A DNA stretch of 64,000 nucleotides from Massalongia carnosa (taxonomy: Eukaryota): contig OZ287070.1 in assembly GCA_965645245.1 (NCBI GenBank), positions 1,798,001 to 1,862,000 of the forward strand, in the 5' to 3' direction. Shown one piece after another: positions 26,011-39,255 of the stretch. The notes beneath the pieces are model-generated. The model was not told where the DNA came from, made no database searches, and saw only the letters and a list, made by a program, of their open reading frames with translations. Within the stretch, counting starts at the first letter, position 1, and every line of letters starts with the position of its first letter. The position numbers and the translations under genes are program-made.

Positions 26011-26608
26011 TGATGGGTGGGAGAAAGAGAGAGTGAAGCGGAGCGGAGATGGGATCGAGAATTTCAAATCGAGTTGAAACGGTGGTAGTTGTGGTGCTAT
26101 ATTTTTGGATAACGAATTAGCCTACCTGGAAGGAAAGGGGCAAGTACGGAGTATATATAGCCGAGACTAGACTAGACTAACAATGATGGAGGGACTTTTT
26201 TATTTTCTAGGGAGGCCTCTTTTTTTCCCTAGCTAGAGGGAGGCTTTTGGTTGTATAGATACATCGACGATAGACCTTACTCATATAATTACCAGTCCCC
26301 AAGACTTAGGGGATTGTTAACTCTTGGTGACTAGGTACTCATAGCGTACATGGAAACAGACTTAAAAGACCTAATCCCTCAAAAAAAAAAGATACGCTGG
26401 GTAAATACACGCTGAGAGAGAAAAAGCCCATAGGACAAAATACCTATCTCAAAATCCCGACCAACCCTGTGTGTAGTCCATTTTTACCCTCCATTGTTCC
26501 CTATATTCCCCCCCCCCGGCCTCTTCCCCTCGTCCCCTCTTCTATCCTTTCCCCTTCCCTCCCGGTTCCCCCTCATCAGCACGCGCATCTCCATTCCCAC
26601 CATTACCC

Positions 26609-28088
26609 CTAATCTTCCTCGCCCGCATCATCCTCGTCATCAGGCGGCAAGCCAGCTACCACGTCCCCGATCATGGTAATCAGCTCGTCCACATCCGGCC
26701 TCTCCGCCGCCTCGACCCTCAAACACCGTCGCACCACCTCCCGCACCGGCTCGCTGATGCCCGCCTGCCCATCGCCTTCTCCACCACCACCACTACCAAC
26801 AACCTTCTTCCCCGCGCCCTTATTACCTTTCCCACCGCTCCTCCCTGCGCCCTCGTCTAGAAAGCGCCAATCCCCACCCAGCACGCAAATACTCAAGCTG
26901 CCGCCCGTCTCCTCGCTGCGCGCCTCGAACGGGCTTTTGCCCACCAGGCAGGCGTACAGCGTGCAGCCCAGGGACCAGATGTCGACTTTCGTGTCGACGA
27001 TGGAGCCGGTTTTGACGTCGAAGAGCTCGGGCGCGCGATAGGGCATGGTGGAGTGTTCGGCCGCGGTATCTTGGACAGCGAGGGCAAGGGAGCGGGAGGT
27101 GATGGGCGTGGGCGAGGGAGCGAGCGAGCCAAAGTCCATGAGGATGGGTGTTTTGCCGTCATCGGAGATCATGATGTTACCTGGATGGGTAGCTCATGTT
27201 AATTTAGGCCTCGTCTTGGCTTTTTCCACGAAATGGTTGTGACACATCTCATAGTTATGTGAGGGAAAGAGAAGAGGGCAGGTTCCTTACCGGGTTTAAT
27301 GTCCCTGTGCGCATACGCCCTGATCTCACCGTCTGCCACCCCTTCCTGGCTTTGGGTGACCTCGTTATCCATCAATGGCTCCTGCTCGATGTCTTCTTGT
27401 TCCTGCTTCGTTTCACCCTTCCGCCTTCTCTGCTTGGATTTCCGCATCGCATCTTGGTCTGCCTCGGCTGCTTCCTGTCTCACACCTTTCGCATTTCTCT
27501 GCGCATTTGATCCCCCCGGCGCGCCTTTGACCTTGTATTGATGTAATGCCTTCAAAGCTCGGGCTACACCCAGGAACAGAATCATCAATCGCCGCTCGGG
27601 GAATTTCCCGTGATTGACGAGATTGGCGTTAATGGCATCCTGTAAATTCCCTCGTCGATAGTACGGCAGTAATATGTAAACGGTCTTGCTGCTCGGGTCT
27701 GCTCGGTCCTTGGCCGATTCGACGGAGTGGTCTATCGAAGTGATGATATTCGGATGGGGGGCGAAGAGGGTATACGCTTCGACTTCCTTCAAGGCCAACG
27801 AGACGGATTCTTGACCAAAGGGACATCGGATTTTCTTAAGCGCGTAGAGCTGGGACGAAGAGGTATCCTGCACTAGATAGACGTACGAGAAGCCGCCCTA
27901 TGTCGTGGATTCTGTCAGACGGTCAATCGACGCAGGGGGGTGGAGGCATGGGCAATGGAGAGGCGTACTTCTCCTAACAAATGCAATAATTTCAAGCTTC
28001 GGTTATGAATTTTGAGTTGTGGCGATCCTGGACAACAGAAAATGCAGTTTGTGATGGTGTGGAGAAGCTCCATCATGAACTGCGCCAT
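26609..28088 (-). CDS. ENV7: NAK-family Ser/Thr kinase (Env7/STK16-like), spliced
   Basis: LLGE|GGFSYVYL, YALKKIRCPFG, HRDIKPG|NIM, MDFGSL, MPYRAPELF and DIWSLGCTLY. The N-terminal Cys pair fits Env7 palmitoylation sites. Confidence 0.88.
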
Positions 28089-29235
28089 GCTTAAGGTCGC
28101 CGACGGGATAGTAGAGGGTTTAGGGCAGGTAGGAAGCGTCGAAGTGTAGGAGCATCAGTCTGCTTGTCTCGTAAATATCATTAGCTCCCGATAAAAGAAT
28201 AGAACAATGCCCGCAGAATCCGAGAGTCCAGAGTCAAGATGAGCTGAGAATTTCCAAGCGAATTGAAGACACCTTCGCAACTCCCGATTGGGCGGGGAGT
28301 GAGCGCCGCCCTAACGTCGAGCGGTTTTGGTGTATTGATCAATTTTGAAGACCGGATAACTGCGCAGGTACATTGGTTTTTATTACATTGGTTTTTTGCA
28401 GTTTATTCGACGGTATGTAAGAACTCAATATAAGATGTAATTCGGTCACTATTGAAAACCCTCGGTTTTGGAGCTCAATGCGCCGGCGAAACCGGAAGAA
28501 GAAAGCGGCGTCAAAAACAAACGCGTTAAACGCCTTGGCTTTACGAGTCGAGACGTTGTTCACCTCTCGCAGACGATACAGAGTATCGTTTAGTCCATCG
28601 AGCAGTTAAAAAAGCAATCTGTTTCTCCAATTCAATGACAACATAGAATCTATTGCTGAAACGCACGATTCTGACTTTCCAAATCCAATGAACAATCTTC
28701 AGCCTAAACCTATTCCGAATCCATACCTAGCTAATATCTATTTGCTCTACCGATACGATTGACTCCTAGTTTGTTTTACAGACAGTCATTTACATCCTAG
28801 ATTCAGCTTAAGAACACATTCAGCAAATGCGCTTCGCTGAATAGGAGATCATTTCTTGTACTCCATCGCGGTCGTTTGATTTGGGGGCATTGAAGGAAAC
28901 CCCGGCAATCGCGGTTTTTATGGCCGACATCGTGTTGCCCTGAATTTGAGGGGTCGAACATTCTTATTATGGTTTAATGTATTAGGCATTTAGGTATGGG
29001 ATCTAATCAAGCACGCGAAAACACAATGCCACAATCACTAACGGTAATAGAGGATTAAAAAAAAGCAGAACGAGACTCCATACAACGACGCAATACCCAA
29101 ACTACACAAAAATTCCAGGTTGTATCCCTTGCTCATAACTCGCCAATTTCAAAGAGTAATCTCGAAAGCGTACAAGCATCTCGTGGCGCATTGCTTCCCT
29201 TGCCCTTCCCATTATCTCAACCACTTCCTCGACTA

Positions 29236-32200
29236 CTAGAGCAACGCCTCTCTCAGGAACTCTGTCAATTTCCCCACACAAGGATCCCTCATCATACTGA
29301 AATGATTGCCACGCATCTGCCGCGGGAAGATCTTCGACCTGTCTAAATACTCGTCCCAGAGGTTTGGGCCAAAGTCAGACCTATTCTCCAAGAGCCATTG
29401 CGCATGACCGTATGGATATGGATCTGGACGCGGATCCTCTGGGTACTTGCATACACCATCCTCGCACCAGATCGTGAAAACTTTGGGCGTACGGGCCGGA
29501 TCAATCTTTTGAGCGGTGTACGTAGATAGAGCTTGAACAGAGGCCGCAAAATGAGGAAGCAGCCAAGAGGGAAGCTTTTCAAGCGCCCCGTCACCCTCGC
29601 CAAGCAGCCCAATGGAACCGAAGAAGCGATGCAGAGAACTAGGTAGAGGTTCAATGATGAGTGGACATGGAGAGTCTATGAGAGCCAAAACTTCGACAAC
29701 TTGGTTGTCTTCCACAAGCTGTCGGACAATCTCAAAAGCAATAACTCCACCTGCAGACCAGCCTCCGATATTGTATGGGCCATGAGGTTGGCGACGTTTC
29801 ATCTCTGTGATAAACATTGTGGCCATTCCAACAACACCACAATTGTACTCTTCTGGTGTCTTCATGAATGGGGAATTAAGGCCAAACACAGCAATCTCGC
29901 GGGAGATTTCTGGCATGAAGATATAGGAAGTGGCCGAGCCACTACCATCGGGAACCAACCAAAACGTCTTTGTAGCAATTCGCGAGTTACCTTGAAGTAA
30001 CACCGAGCTTGCAACGCGCTCTGGTCTGCTAATCTTCAATGAGTTACGCACTGCATCAACGAGTAGAGCAGGCTTAGGTTTTGGAAGAACTTCGACGGGT
30101 CCAATTTGAAGAGTCTTTTCGATGGCTGCAATGTTGAGGTTGTCAAGCAGTAGAGTTGCTGGCAGCGGCATACCAGTCTTCTCACGTAAGGCTCCTAGAA
30201 TGGAAAGGCTCATCAATGAGTCCATACCAAGAGAGCTTAGATCAGTTGCAGCGACAATTTCAGCAACATCCACACCCATTTCATAAGAGATGGTTTCGCG
30301 AATGAGCGTTGATAAAGAGTTCAGCTCAGAAGGGCTGCCGGGAGAAGTTAGGGCGGAGCTGGAGTCATCTGGAGACGATTCCGCATATGAATCTAATGAG
30401 GGCGTAGAATTGCCTGCCGAATCTTCGTCCAGCAGAAATCCTATCTCTGCGGCGTTGAACTGGCATAGGAAAACCTTCATGGCGCTGACAGAAGGGTAAT
30501 CAATGAACAAGGACGAAGGTACTTCGACCTCAAGTTCTTCCCGAAACCGTCCAGTTATTGCTAGCGACAAAAGGGAATCAACGCCCATATTGGCAAATTC
30601 TGTATTATCGGTCAATTCGCTGACTTGAATACCAATCTCTGCAGCAATAATTCCAAATGCACGCGTGGTGACAGAGACCTTGGGTGTCGAATCGAGTGTT
30701 ACCTTTATTGGTGATTTCTTCGTCGATTTGGCGGCTAGAGAAGCTACAATCTTTGAAGCTTGAGGAGAAGGCGAAGCTACTGGTCTTGGTGCTGACGCAA
30801 CTCCTTTTGGAGGGAGAAAGGTATTCAGAAGTTGGCGTGGTATGCACTGAAATTTCAAAGCTCCAACCATGCCAATGATTCGATCCTGATCAAATACGTA
30901 GACGTCACCTAGGACCATATTTCCATCTGCTGGCTGCATCTTGACATACGACCGATAAGTCTTTAGAGCAGAGAGTGGTTCGGCAAACCGCATAGACTCC
31001 CAACCGTGTGAAATATACACTTGCTTACCCGAGTCCAGAGCATCGTTGGCATTGACCACAAACCCAGCTAAGTGTGCGACGCTGTCAATCCAATATGGAC
31101 TACAGAAGAAGCTTCCGTCTGCTTCAGTTGTTTGGAAAACCACCTGCGAAGTGGCCTCGAGCTGTGGACTGTCCAAAATCACCTCCTTCATGCCCCGGTA
31201 TTTAGCGTCATAATCGACAAGCGCTCCAAACAGCTTGTAAGCCATCCCACGGAGCATGGTGTGAGCATTGCCAGCTGCTGCATCTTTTCTTAAACTATTG
31301 ATGCGTCCGTTGATTAAATACGCACTTCGCTGCCACTCTGCAAGCCATGCAGAGCCAGAGCCAAATTCCAAATGGCATTTAGCGTGCTGTAACTCGAGTT
31401 TCCCAATCCCACTGCTGAAAATAAGATCTGCTCTACCAAGCCCAAGATCCATCGATGTAGACAAACGAAGCACTTGCCCGTCGCCGCCGGTAGTATTCGC
31501 AATGAAAGGCTTAAATACCTCCATGTTGCAAACATTAATTGCAACCGTCGGAGCCTTTGGGCGTAGGACTTTGTATAGGTAATTACCCACAGTTAGAGCC
31601 ATGTCTGCATATATCGATGAGGGGCAAAGAGCAGTTCCGTTAACGAGGTGGCCACTTATAGCCGCCAACAAATCCGAGCGAGATACATCGGACTCGATTA
31701 CCATCGTTGCTTTGTCAACACCAACCACTTCCGAGACCACTTTCTGAACAGTAGTTGTCGAAAGACTTGGCGTTACGACCCCAGGCAAAATTGCAAGGCC
31801 ATTGGGTTGACCCTTGTTCAGGTTCCAATCCCCAATATAGTCGATCCAATAGTTCTTATTATCAAATGCATAAGCCGGGAGATCCAAGACTTGGAGACAG
31901 TCCAAAAAGTCTCGATGATACTCATTCCAATTGACCGGAAACCCGGACATATGTAACAAAGCCAAAGTGTCTGACAATGATTTATAGGGCTCAAAGTTCT
32001 TGTTGAGAGTGGCCGTGGTCCTGGTGCTCTGACCAAGCCCTGATTTGATAAATCCAGAGCAAACTGGATGAGGGCCAAGTTCAAGCCACACCGTCTGGTC
32101 ATTAATAAGCCCAAGTTGCTGAGCTGACTCAAGAGCTCCAGAGAAATCCACAACTCCTCTTGCATGTTTGCTTAAGTATTCTGCGTCGATGCTGTCTGAC

Positions 32201-35200
32201 TCGCTCAATACACCAGCAAGGAGCGGGGAGATCACCGGGATCTCTGGCTTATGGAATACGACCGAGCTTGCGATTTTTTGAAAGTGGGTGACAATTGGGT
32301 CTACCTGCGTAGAATGGAAAGCGAACTGAACGTTGAGTTTGGTGCATTTGAGTCCGTGTAGTCGAAGCTCGTCAGCTGCTGTGTCAATATCGGCAACCAT
32401 GCCACCGAGAACTGTTTCCTGCGATGCATTAATGCAAGCAATCTCAACTCGAGGAACGTTGGCAATAATTTCCTGTACTGCGCGGGCAGATGATTTTACC
32501 GCAAGCATAGCATGAGACCCAACGAAACACCTATCTTGTAGAAGTCTTGCTCTCTCACCAACCAAGAAAATTGTTTCGGAAGCAGATATGACCCCTGCTG
32601 CATTTAGAGCAGCATACTCTCCAAGACTATGTCCCATCACAATATCAGGCTCAATACCCCATGAAGCCCAGAGACGCGTCAGGGCCATCTGAATGCAACA
32701 AAGACCGAGCTGTAAGACCATTGGCGAGGCATCTCTCATGTCAGAGTCTTCTAGTATGAGGGGAAGGAAAGACGGAAACCCTTGGTTATATCCAATGTTG
32801 TCAAAGCTGAGCAGATCGGAACGAAACTGGGTCGAGTTCTCATAAAGCTGCCTCGCTAAGAACTTATAGTGGGATCCTTGGCCGGTGAATACAAATGCGA
32901 CCTTAGGCTTTACACTGAGCACCGGATCAATCGAGTCGTCAAGTCTTGAGGCGAGAATTTCTCTTGCTGTTGATAGGTTATCACAGCTGAAAGAGATGCG
33001 ATAATTATGATGAATGCGGCGGGCGGTAGTCGTATATGACAGATCTGCTAGATGAGATTGACTATGTTCATCAATGTATTGTATCAATCTCCTAAGATTG
33101 GACCTAAGAGAAGATTTCGACTTTGCAGAAACTGCAATGACTGAGAATGACCTAGGATCCTTTCGGGGGATGAACTTTACTGGCGCGTCCTCCAGCAGCA
33201 TTGCTGTATTGCCCCCTGCAGCACTGAAATTATTGACAAATATCTTCCTAGGAGAGCCATCTATAGCTATTAGTGGACTCGACTTAAACGCTATGTGGAT
33301 ATTTCGTGCGTTGAGATCTTGGGGAAAGGTTTGATTAATTGTCTTCTTAATCCCACAATGAGGAGGGATGCGATTCTTCTGCATCATCAGCAGACATTTA
33401 ATCAGCGCAGTCACTCCCGACGAAGCTTCTCCGTGACCGATATTTGATTTAACTGAACCCAAATAAAGTGGTTTTTGGCGAGTACCTTTTCGAGAGACTG
33501 GTGCGAAAACATCAGTTACCGACCTCATTTCGCACCCGTCCCCTGCCTGGGTGCCGGTTCCGTGCATTTCAACATAATCAACTTGATGTGGATCAACTCC
33601 AGCATTTTCCATAACAGCCTTGAAAAGGATCTCCTGGGTCGGCGCATGTGGGTGTGTAATGGAAACCGCATTGGCAGAATGGTTTGTGGCCGTGTCGAGG
33701 ATGACGCCCAAAATGCGATCATTGTCCGCCTCTGCATCTTCGAGGCGTTTCACGATGAGCGTCCCGACGCCATCTCCTCGGCAATAACCGTCGGCATCAT
33801 TATCAAATGTCTGACAGTTTCCAGTTTTCGATAGGAATTGCCCGCGGCTTAGTCCCGCAAAAATGTCAGAATTTGTCATGACGTTAAGGCCACCTGCGAC
33901 TGCAGTATCGCAATCTCCAGCCCATAGGGAGGTGCAGGCTAGTTGAATCGCTGCCATGCTGGAAGAGCAAGCTGTGTCAACACTAAAGCTAGGGCCGCTG
34001 AATTTGAAGTAATAATTGATTCTTCCCTGCAAAACGGCGATTAGTCCAAACCTAGCTGAAAGGCAATCGGAGGGCTTACTGGTGCGAAGGCCCTCACCCC
34101 ACCTGTGATGAAGTAAGTATCAATGTCTTGTGCGGCATTGATCTCCCTCCAATCATCACTTGTCTGACCATAGAAAGTGCCGATACGATCCAGCTTTGTA
34201 GAAGGAGTTCTATTTGGAACGTAGCCGGCCATCTCCAGTGCTTCATAAGCACTGGCCAACCCCAGTCGATGCATTGGATCCGTTTGCGTAGCTTCTCGAG
34301 GAGACATATTGAAGAACCGTGGGTCGAAAAGGCCTGGTTCATCGATGAAACATCCGTATGGAGTATGACTAGTATTGCGAGTCTTGCCTGTAGGATCAAA
34401 GTGCCTCTCCGCGTCGAAGCGATCTTTCGGAACCTAAGGTTAAGTAAGTAAAAAGAACGCAAGGGCAAAGTGGCCGAAGTAACTACCTTCCTATGAACAT
34501 CTAACCCAGCTTCCAACAAATCCCAAAATTTCTCGTGATCAGCTGCGTTAGGAAATCTACCCGCCATACCGACAATAGCAAGTTTGGGCCTTCTCGGATT
34601 TGAGGGACTTTGTCCGAGTATGCTCGAGGAGATTCTCCCAGAATCTTCGTGTAAAATCACTTCGGCATCTGTACTTTGCTTGAAAGCAGCTACAAACATG
34701 TCCTGGAGATTCGTAGGGCCACAAGAAAGGACTATACATTTTGAGCTTTTCAATGCCACAGCAGTCTCACCACATTTTGTCATGACTTCTTCTAACCGGA
34801 GCGGCGCAACCAGAATATCGTTCACAACGGCCGTCAAAAGTTTAGTAGCGTCAAAGTCCTTATCAAACCAGGACCCTGTACTTGTTGATATGATGGAAAA
34901 TCTCAACCGGTACTGGCCCAAGAGTTGCGCAATCTGACGATTAGAAGATCCCAGAATATTTTTTACATCAGCCGCACAGTGTAGATGTGAAGCGTGGTAA
35001 GGTCCATGAACCGCCATCTGCTTTCGATTCTTCCCAAGGGAAGGAGAAAACTCGAATAGTTGCTTTAGCGTTGAGGGAGGTCCACTAATGGTAACCGAAT
35101 CACGGCTAGAACTGCTGATGTAGGCATTATTTGATATTGGTATACTCTAAGAAAAAGGTTAGTATGAAACTTCTATACAAGAAATGCTCGCAGTTACTCT

Positions 35201-35828
35201 ATCAAGATGAAACCTTGAGAGAACTTCTTGAGCCTCTGTTTCATTCGTTCCAACAAGATTAAAAGACCAAGGAGTGCCGTGACGCTGCAAGTCCAGAAGA
35301 TTGGCCACAGTGCCGACATGAAGTCCGGTTCGAAACGCAATCAAGATGACCTCTACCCCAAGGGGTATCAAGGCAGGAACTGCAGGTGATAAAGCAATGG
35401 CGGCGGCAGCCAGAAGACCGGTACTGAGCCCCACAGCATAGGTTCCCAAAAACCCATCAGGCTGGCGATGAAGAGCACTGGCATGCCTATAGATGTGAGT
35501 TATCATTTCGAAGGAGTGAAGTTCACCTCACTTACTCAATATAGTGAGCTAGCTGGGAAATACATAACAAAGCGTTTTCAACTCCTACATGAGGAGCTGC
35601 TTCGGCGAGGGTACGGTCAACAAGCTCTTCGATTGTTGAAAACGCTGGAATGTATTTCGCATCCAGGGGGGAGAGCTGAGCTATCTCACGCCTCAAGGCT
35701 AGATTGACTTGCTGGAAGAAGGAACTGAGAATAGGACTAGCCCTTCCGCCGAGTAATTGGCTCCGAAGGTAGGTATGCCTGTCAACTTCTTGGTCCCCAA
35801 AGAGAAGGACTCTCATCTCGCCAGCCAT
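29236..35828 (-). CDS. Non-reducing iterative type I PKS, SAT-KS-AT-PT-ACP-ACP-TE, DHN-melanin (T4HN/AT4HN synthase) type
   Basis: SAT start LLFGDQ and GPYHA, KS DTACSSS and EMHGTGT, AT GHSLGEY, PT GHLVNG..CPSS and DSVAH, two ACPs (GVDSLLS, GMDSLMS), TE GWSAGG..NHFSMM. Four introns in the 5' part. Clustered with reductase and scytalone dehydratase genes. Confidence 0.95.
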
Positions 35829-36318
35829 TTCTACAATGTAGCGAGGAAACTGGATAGCGTTGAAAAGAGAATATTAAGTCAGACGGACCTGCAGTCTATA
35901 TACCAGCTTCGGACATTATATGATCAAAAGATGATCAAATACGCTAAAGATGTTTATCTAAAGGGTGGAATAGGGCTTCGCTGATGGAGGTATACGACCC
36001 CTGCACCCTTGAGTATCGACCTGCAAAATGGTGATGAGTGGCAAAACCCGAACCACACACTAGTCATTTGAGTTAAAGCCTTCAACGACAACCGTCAAGA
36101 TGTGTAAGGTCAGTCTTGTTGAACTTTCTGATCCACGTCAACCAGCCACAGCGATGGAAAGAGACGTTATTCGTGATCGTCGGTGACCACACCCATGTCA
36201 TATTCCAATTTAAGCATTACCATTCCACGTACTGCCTATAGGCATCTCTTCAGCCAGAGTCTTCTAAGTTTAGGGATTCGGAATCCTCCACGGAGTCGAA
36301 TATGCGTTGAAGAGAGTT

Positions 36319-36329
36319 TCGCAGACCGA
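36319..36329 (+). promoter_or_regulatory. Candidate AflR-type binding site TCGCAGACCGA
   Basis: Exact match to the AflR consensus TCGSWNNSCGR, about 490 bp upstream of the PKS ATG in the PKS/TF divergent promoter. Confidence 0.4.
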
Positions 36330-37853
36330 GACCAGCGGGTTGGGCAAAGTAAACCATCATCCGGACCATCCTAGAAGGAATCATAAGGTGGTTTCGGTCA
36401 TGACATGTTTCTCGAGTCGAGTCAAGTCCATATGGAACCAACCGAGCGCCGTGTCAACTCATTGTCACAATCTGGAAAGACCAATATACCGAAGCAAATA
36501 GGCATTCTCTCCCCATCACCGCTAGCTGCTTGCTCCATTTGCGAAGAGCAGGAACCCACACGCACGGGCGCCCTAATAGCGAGCGCGATACGCGATCAGG
36601 AGATGGCGTACGCACCGGACCCATCAGGCCTGCATATGTACGCGGAGCAGGTTTTGGGTCTTTCTCACGTATCATGTTGCAACATGATGACCAGCATACT
36701 GTTCCTTACACGAAAATTAGCATTTGTCAGCATGTGAAGCAGCTTCTTTCTTTTCGATCCTGACGCTAAGGACTGTCGAATTTAGTTTGGCGTTTCTGCA
36801 AGGTAGGAGAGTAGATAGAGAGTACAAGAACCGAGTACCGAGAACGTGACGGAGTACTTGGCCCTGCGTATGTCGATGGAAGAAGGATGAAAATAAATGA
36901 GAAAATGTGCATGTCTGTGCCTGTCAAATGATTTAGTAATGCATACTCGGCACTGTGATTGGTGACCCACCACGAGAAGGAGGGTGTTACCGAGTCGCAC
37001 ATGCGTACAGCCTCCTCCGTATTTTTGTACACAACTTCAAAAAACTGACCCGCGCGAGCCGGTAACGGGACCGTATTCATGGTATCCTTGGTAACTGTTC
37101 GATCGACCCACCGAAACGCAGCGACGATCTTACCGCCGGTTACAGAAACTAGTAACTTGGTTTCCTACAATACCTTGCTGCAAAGAGTCCCTGGGTCAGT
37201 ACTCCATGCAGAATACAGATTAACTACCCGTAACAGGGTTATAGCTACCTAATCAATCTTTCGCGAGCTCGTAACACCGTGCCTTGATTCTAATGAGAAT
37301 GCAGAAAGTGGCCGCTGGGGCCGTTGTCGGTGATGTAGCTCTCAGTTCTCTTCCAATCCCATGCGAGTATCGAGCAACACGAGCGTGGAAGCAATCAGAG
37401 GCCTTTTCCTGTCATCCTTTGGGGAAATTGGCTGAAAGCAAAGAACATGGAAAAATTTCCGAGATCCTGCGCCCTCGACGCATGATGGCTCCATATCGCC
37501 TTGCAAGACAAGTCTACTTCCCTTCGGATAACCAGCATATCACATCATCCATACATATTCCATTCCGCAGTGACTGGTGCACTGTCTGTCCCCCGGGGGA
37601 GTAGTCCTTTCCCTACTTTTCTCTTTGAATGAAATACCTTGTACATTCAGTACCTCTCATCGTCAACGACTCGTGTATATTATCTCACTTCCCTCCAGAC
37701 CCGCGCTAAGCCCATATGCGATAAGATGCTATATGTCTGCGATCCATCAGCGGTTTCCCTGTGCTGCCCCTCCCTGATACGAGCCGCTCTAAACATTCAT
37801 CATGCATGTTCCCAACTGTCGTTTTTCTCAACTTATCTATGCCACTTAGTGAT

Positions 37854-39173
37854 ATGAAACGAGATTTCGAGACCGCCATGAACGGACCAAGTCAAACCGA
37901 GACGGCAGCAGCAGCATCAGTAGCATCAGCAGCGCCGAAAGTCACCAAATTACGAGAGTCATGCGATAGTTGCTTGGTGGCCAAAGTCAAATGTAGCAAA
38001 ACCAGACCCGTATGCGTACGCTGCCTGGCAAATGGCGCGGTCTGTGGCTACAGCCCATCATCCAGGGCGGGCAGAAAAACTCGGATAAGCCAAGTTTCTA
38101 AGACATCAACCCGACGCGAAAAAGCTTCAGAGTTGATGGAGGTTCCACCTCCTACTCCAAGCTCGTTCCTCCCTCTGATGCATTCAATGCTCGATACACC
38201 AGACCGGCCAATGTTGCAATCCAATAATGTCTTCCATAACTCTTCCTCGGTCGTCTCCGCGGAAGGCTCGAACCGACGGCATTCCTTGATGGACAATATC
38301 GTTCCAACCCCGCGAGAAGGATTAGAGACACCCGACTTTTTCCCAACACCCCCTTTCGGTGAAGACTTTGGGGATATTTTACAGCAGTTCTCTCCGCAAG
38401 CTTTTCTACAGGACTTTAGCACGCCAACGCCATCGCCACGGAACTCAACCTGCCAGCCCTCAGTTCACCCGTCTTGGACGGCTCACGAGAATTCTTACCC
38501 GACATTGCCCTCATTCCAGATTCCATTTGATCTGATGCCTTTTGGACAACCTACGTCTCTTTCTACCCCTTCACCTGAGGTTTCTGCTGCGCAGGATAAT
38601 GCTCAAGCGTCCGAGCAAACAAAGGGGGAGACAAAGCACACGTGCGATTGCTTCGCACTTTGTCTCCAGGCGCTTCAAACTCTCCACAATCATTCCAGGC
38701 TACCTGCTTCAGCCCAGCCAGGTGGGCTTCCCTTTGACGTCGTCCTAACCATCAACCGAGAGGCTATGCTTGGATGCGCGGCAATGCTCGACTGCGCGAC
38801 GTGCGTATCAAAGAGCGGTAGTGGTATCTCAACAATGTTGCTCGCAACAATATTTGGAAAGATCATATCGTTGTACGGGTCCGCATGCTTTTTCCGATTT
38901 GGCCCTTCGAAGAGCAACCAGTCTGCGGTCAAGTTAGCTTTCGGTGCGTACACCCTGACTGGCGAGGATCGGAGATTACTTGAGATGGAGATTATTCTGC
39001 TCGAATTAAGGAAAGTGGAAAATATATTGTCTAGCTACCAAGAGATATTTCGCAATGCGCAAGCGGAAAAGGATGAAACTAGTGTTTACAGCGCGCTGAC
39101 CGCCTACCTTGACAAAAATCTGCGCTATATTCTCGATTTTCTTCAGGTGCGGAAGGGTGGAACATGTACATAA
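37854..39173 (+). CDS. Zn(II)2Cys6 cluster-specific transcription factor, AflR-like
   Basis: Binuclear cluster KLRESCDSCLVAKVKCSKTRPVCVRCLANGAVC. C-terminal CDCFALCLQAL..FDVVLTINREA..C..C resembles the AflR regulatory domain. Start ATG is ambiguous (for example 37854 or 37878). Confidence 0.88.
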   Translation: MKRDFETAMNGPSQTETAAAASVASAAPKVTKLRESCDSCLVAKVKCSKTRPVCVRCLANGAVCGYSPSSRAGRKTRISQVSKTSTRREKASELMEVPPPTPSSFLPLMHSMLDTPDRPMLQSNNVFHNSSSVVSAEGSNRRHSLMDNIVPTPREGLETPDFFPTPPFGEDFGDILQQFSPQAFLQDFSTPTPSPRNSTCQPSVHPSWTAHENSYPTLPSFQIPFDLMPFGQPTSLSTPSPEVSAAQDNAQASEQTKGETKHTCDCFALCLQALQTLHNHSRLPASAQPGGLPFDVVLTINREAMLGCAAMLDCATCVSKSGSGISTMLLATIFGKIISLYGSACFFRFGPSKSNQSAVKLAFGAYTLTGEDRRLLEMEIILLELRKVENILSSYQEIFRNAQAEKDETSVYSALTAYLDKNLRYILDFLQVRKGGTCT

Positions 39174-39255
39174 AGTAGATTATTGTTTCGGGCATTATTT
39201 AGAATAGTTAGGAATAATGATAAAAACCAATGTTTCTCCCAATGCCTAAATCGTC

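Noticed and set aside
28565..28960. U6-like ACGATACAGAG and U3 box A-like TAGGAGATCATTTCT strings
   Set aside because: The flanking conserved snRNA/snoRNA elements (U6 AGC triad and stem; U3 boxes C', B, C, D) could not be found.
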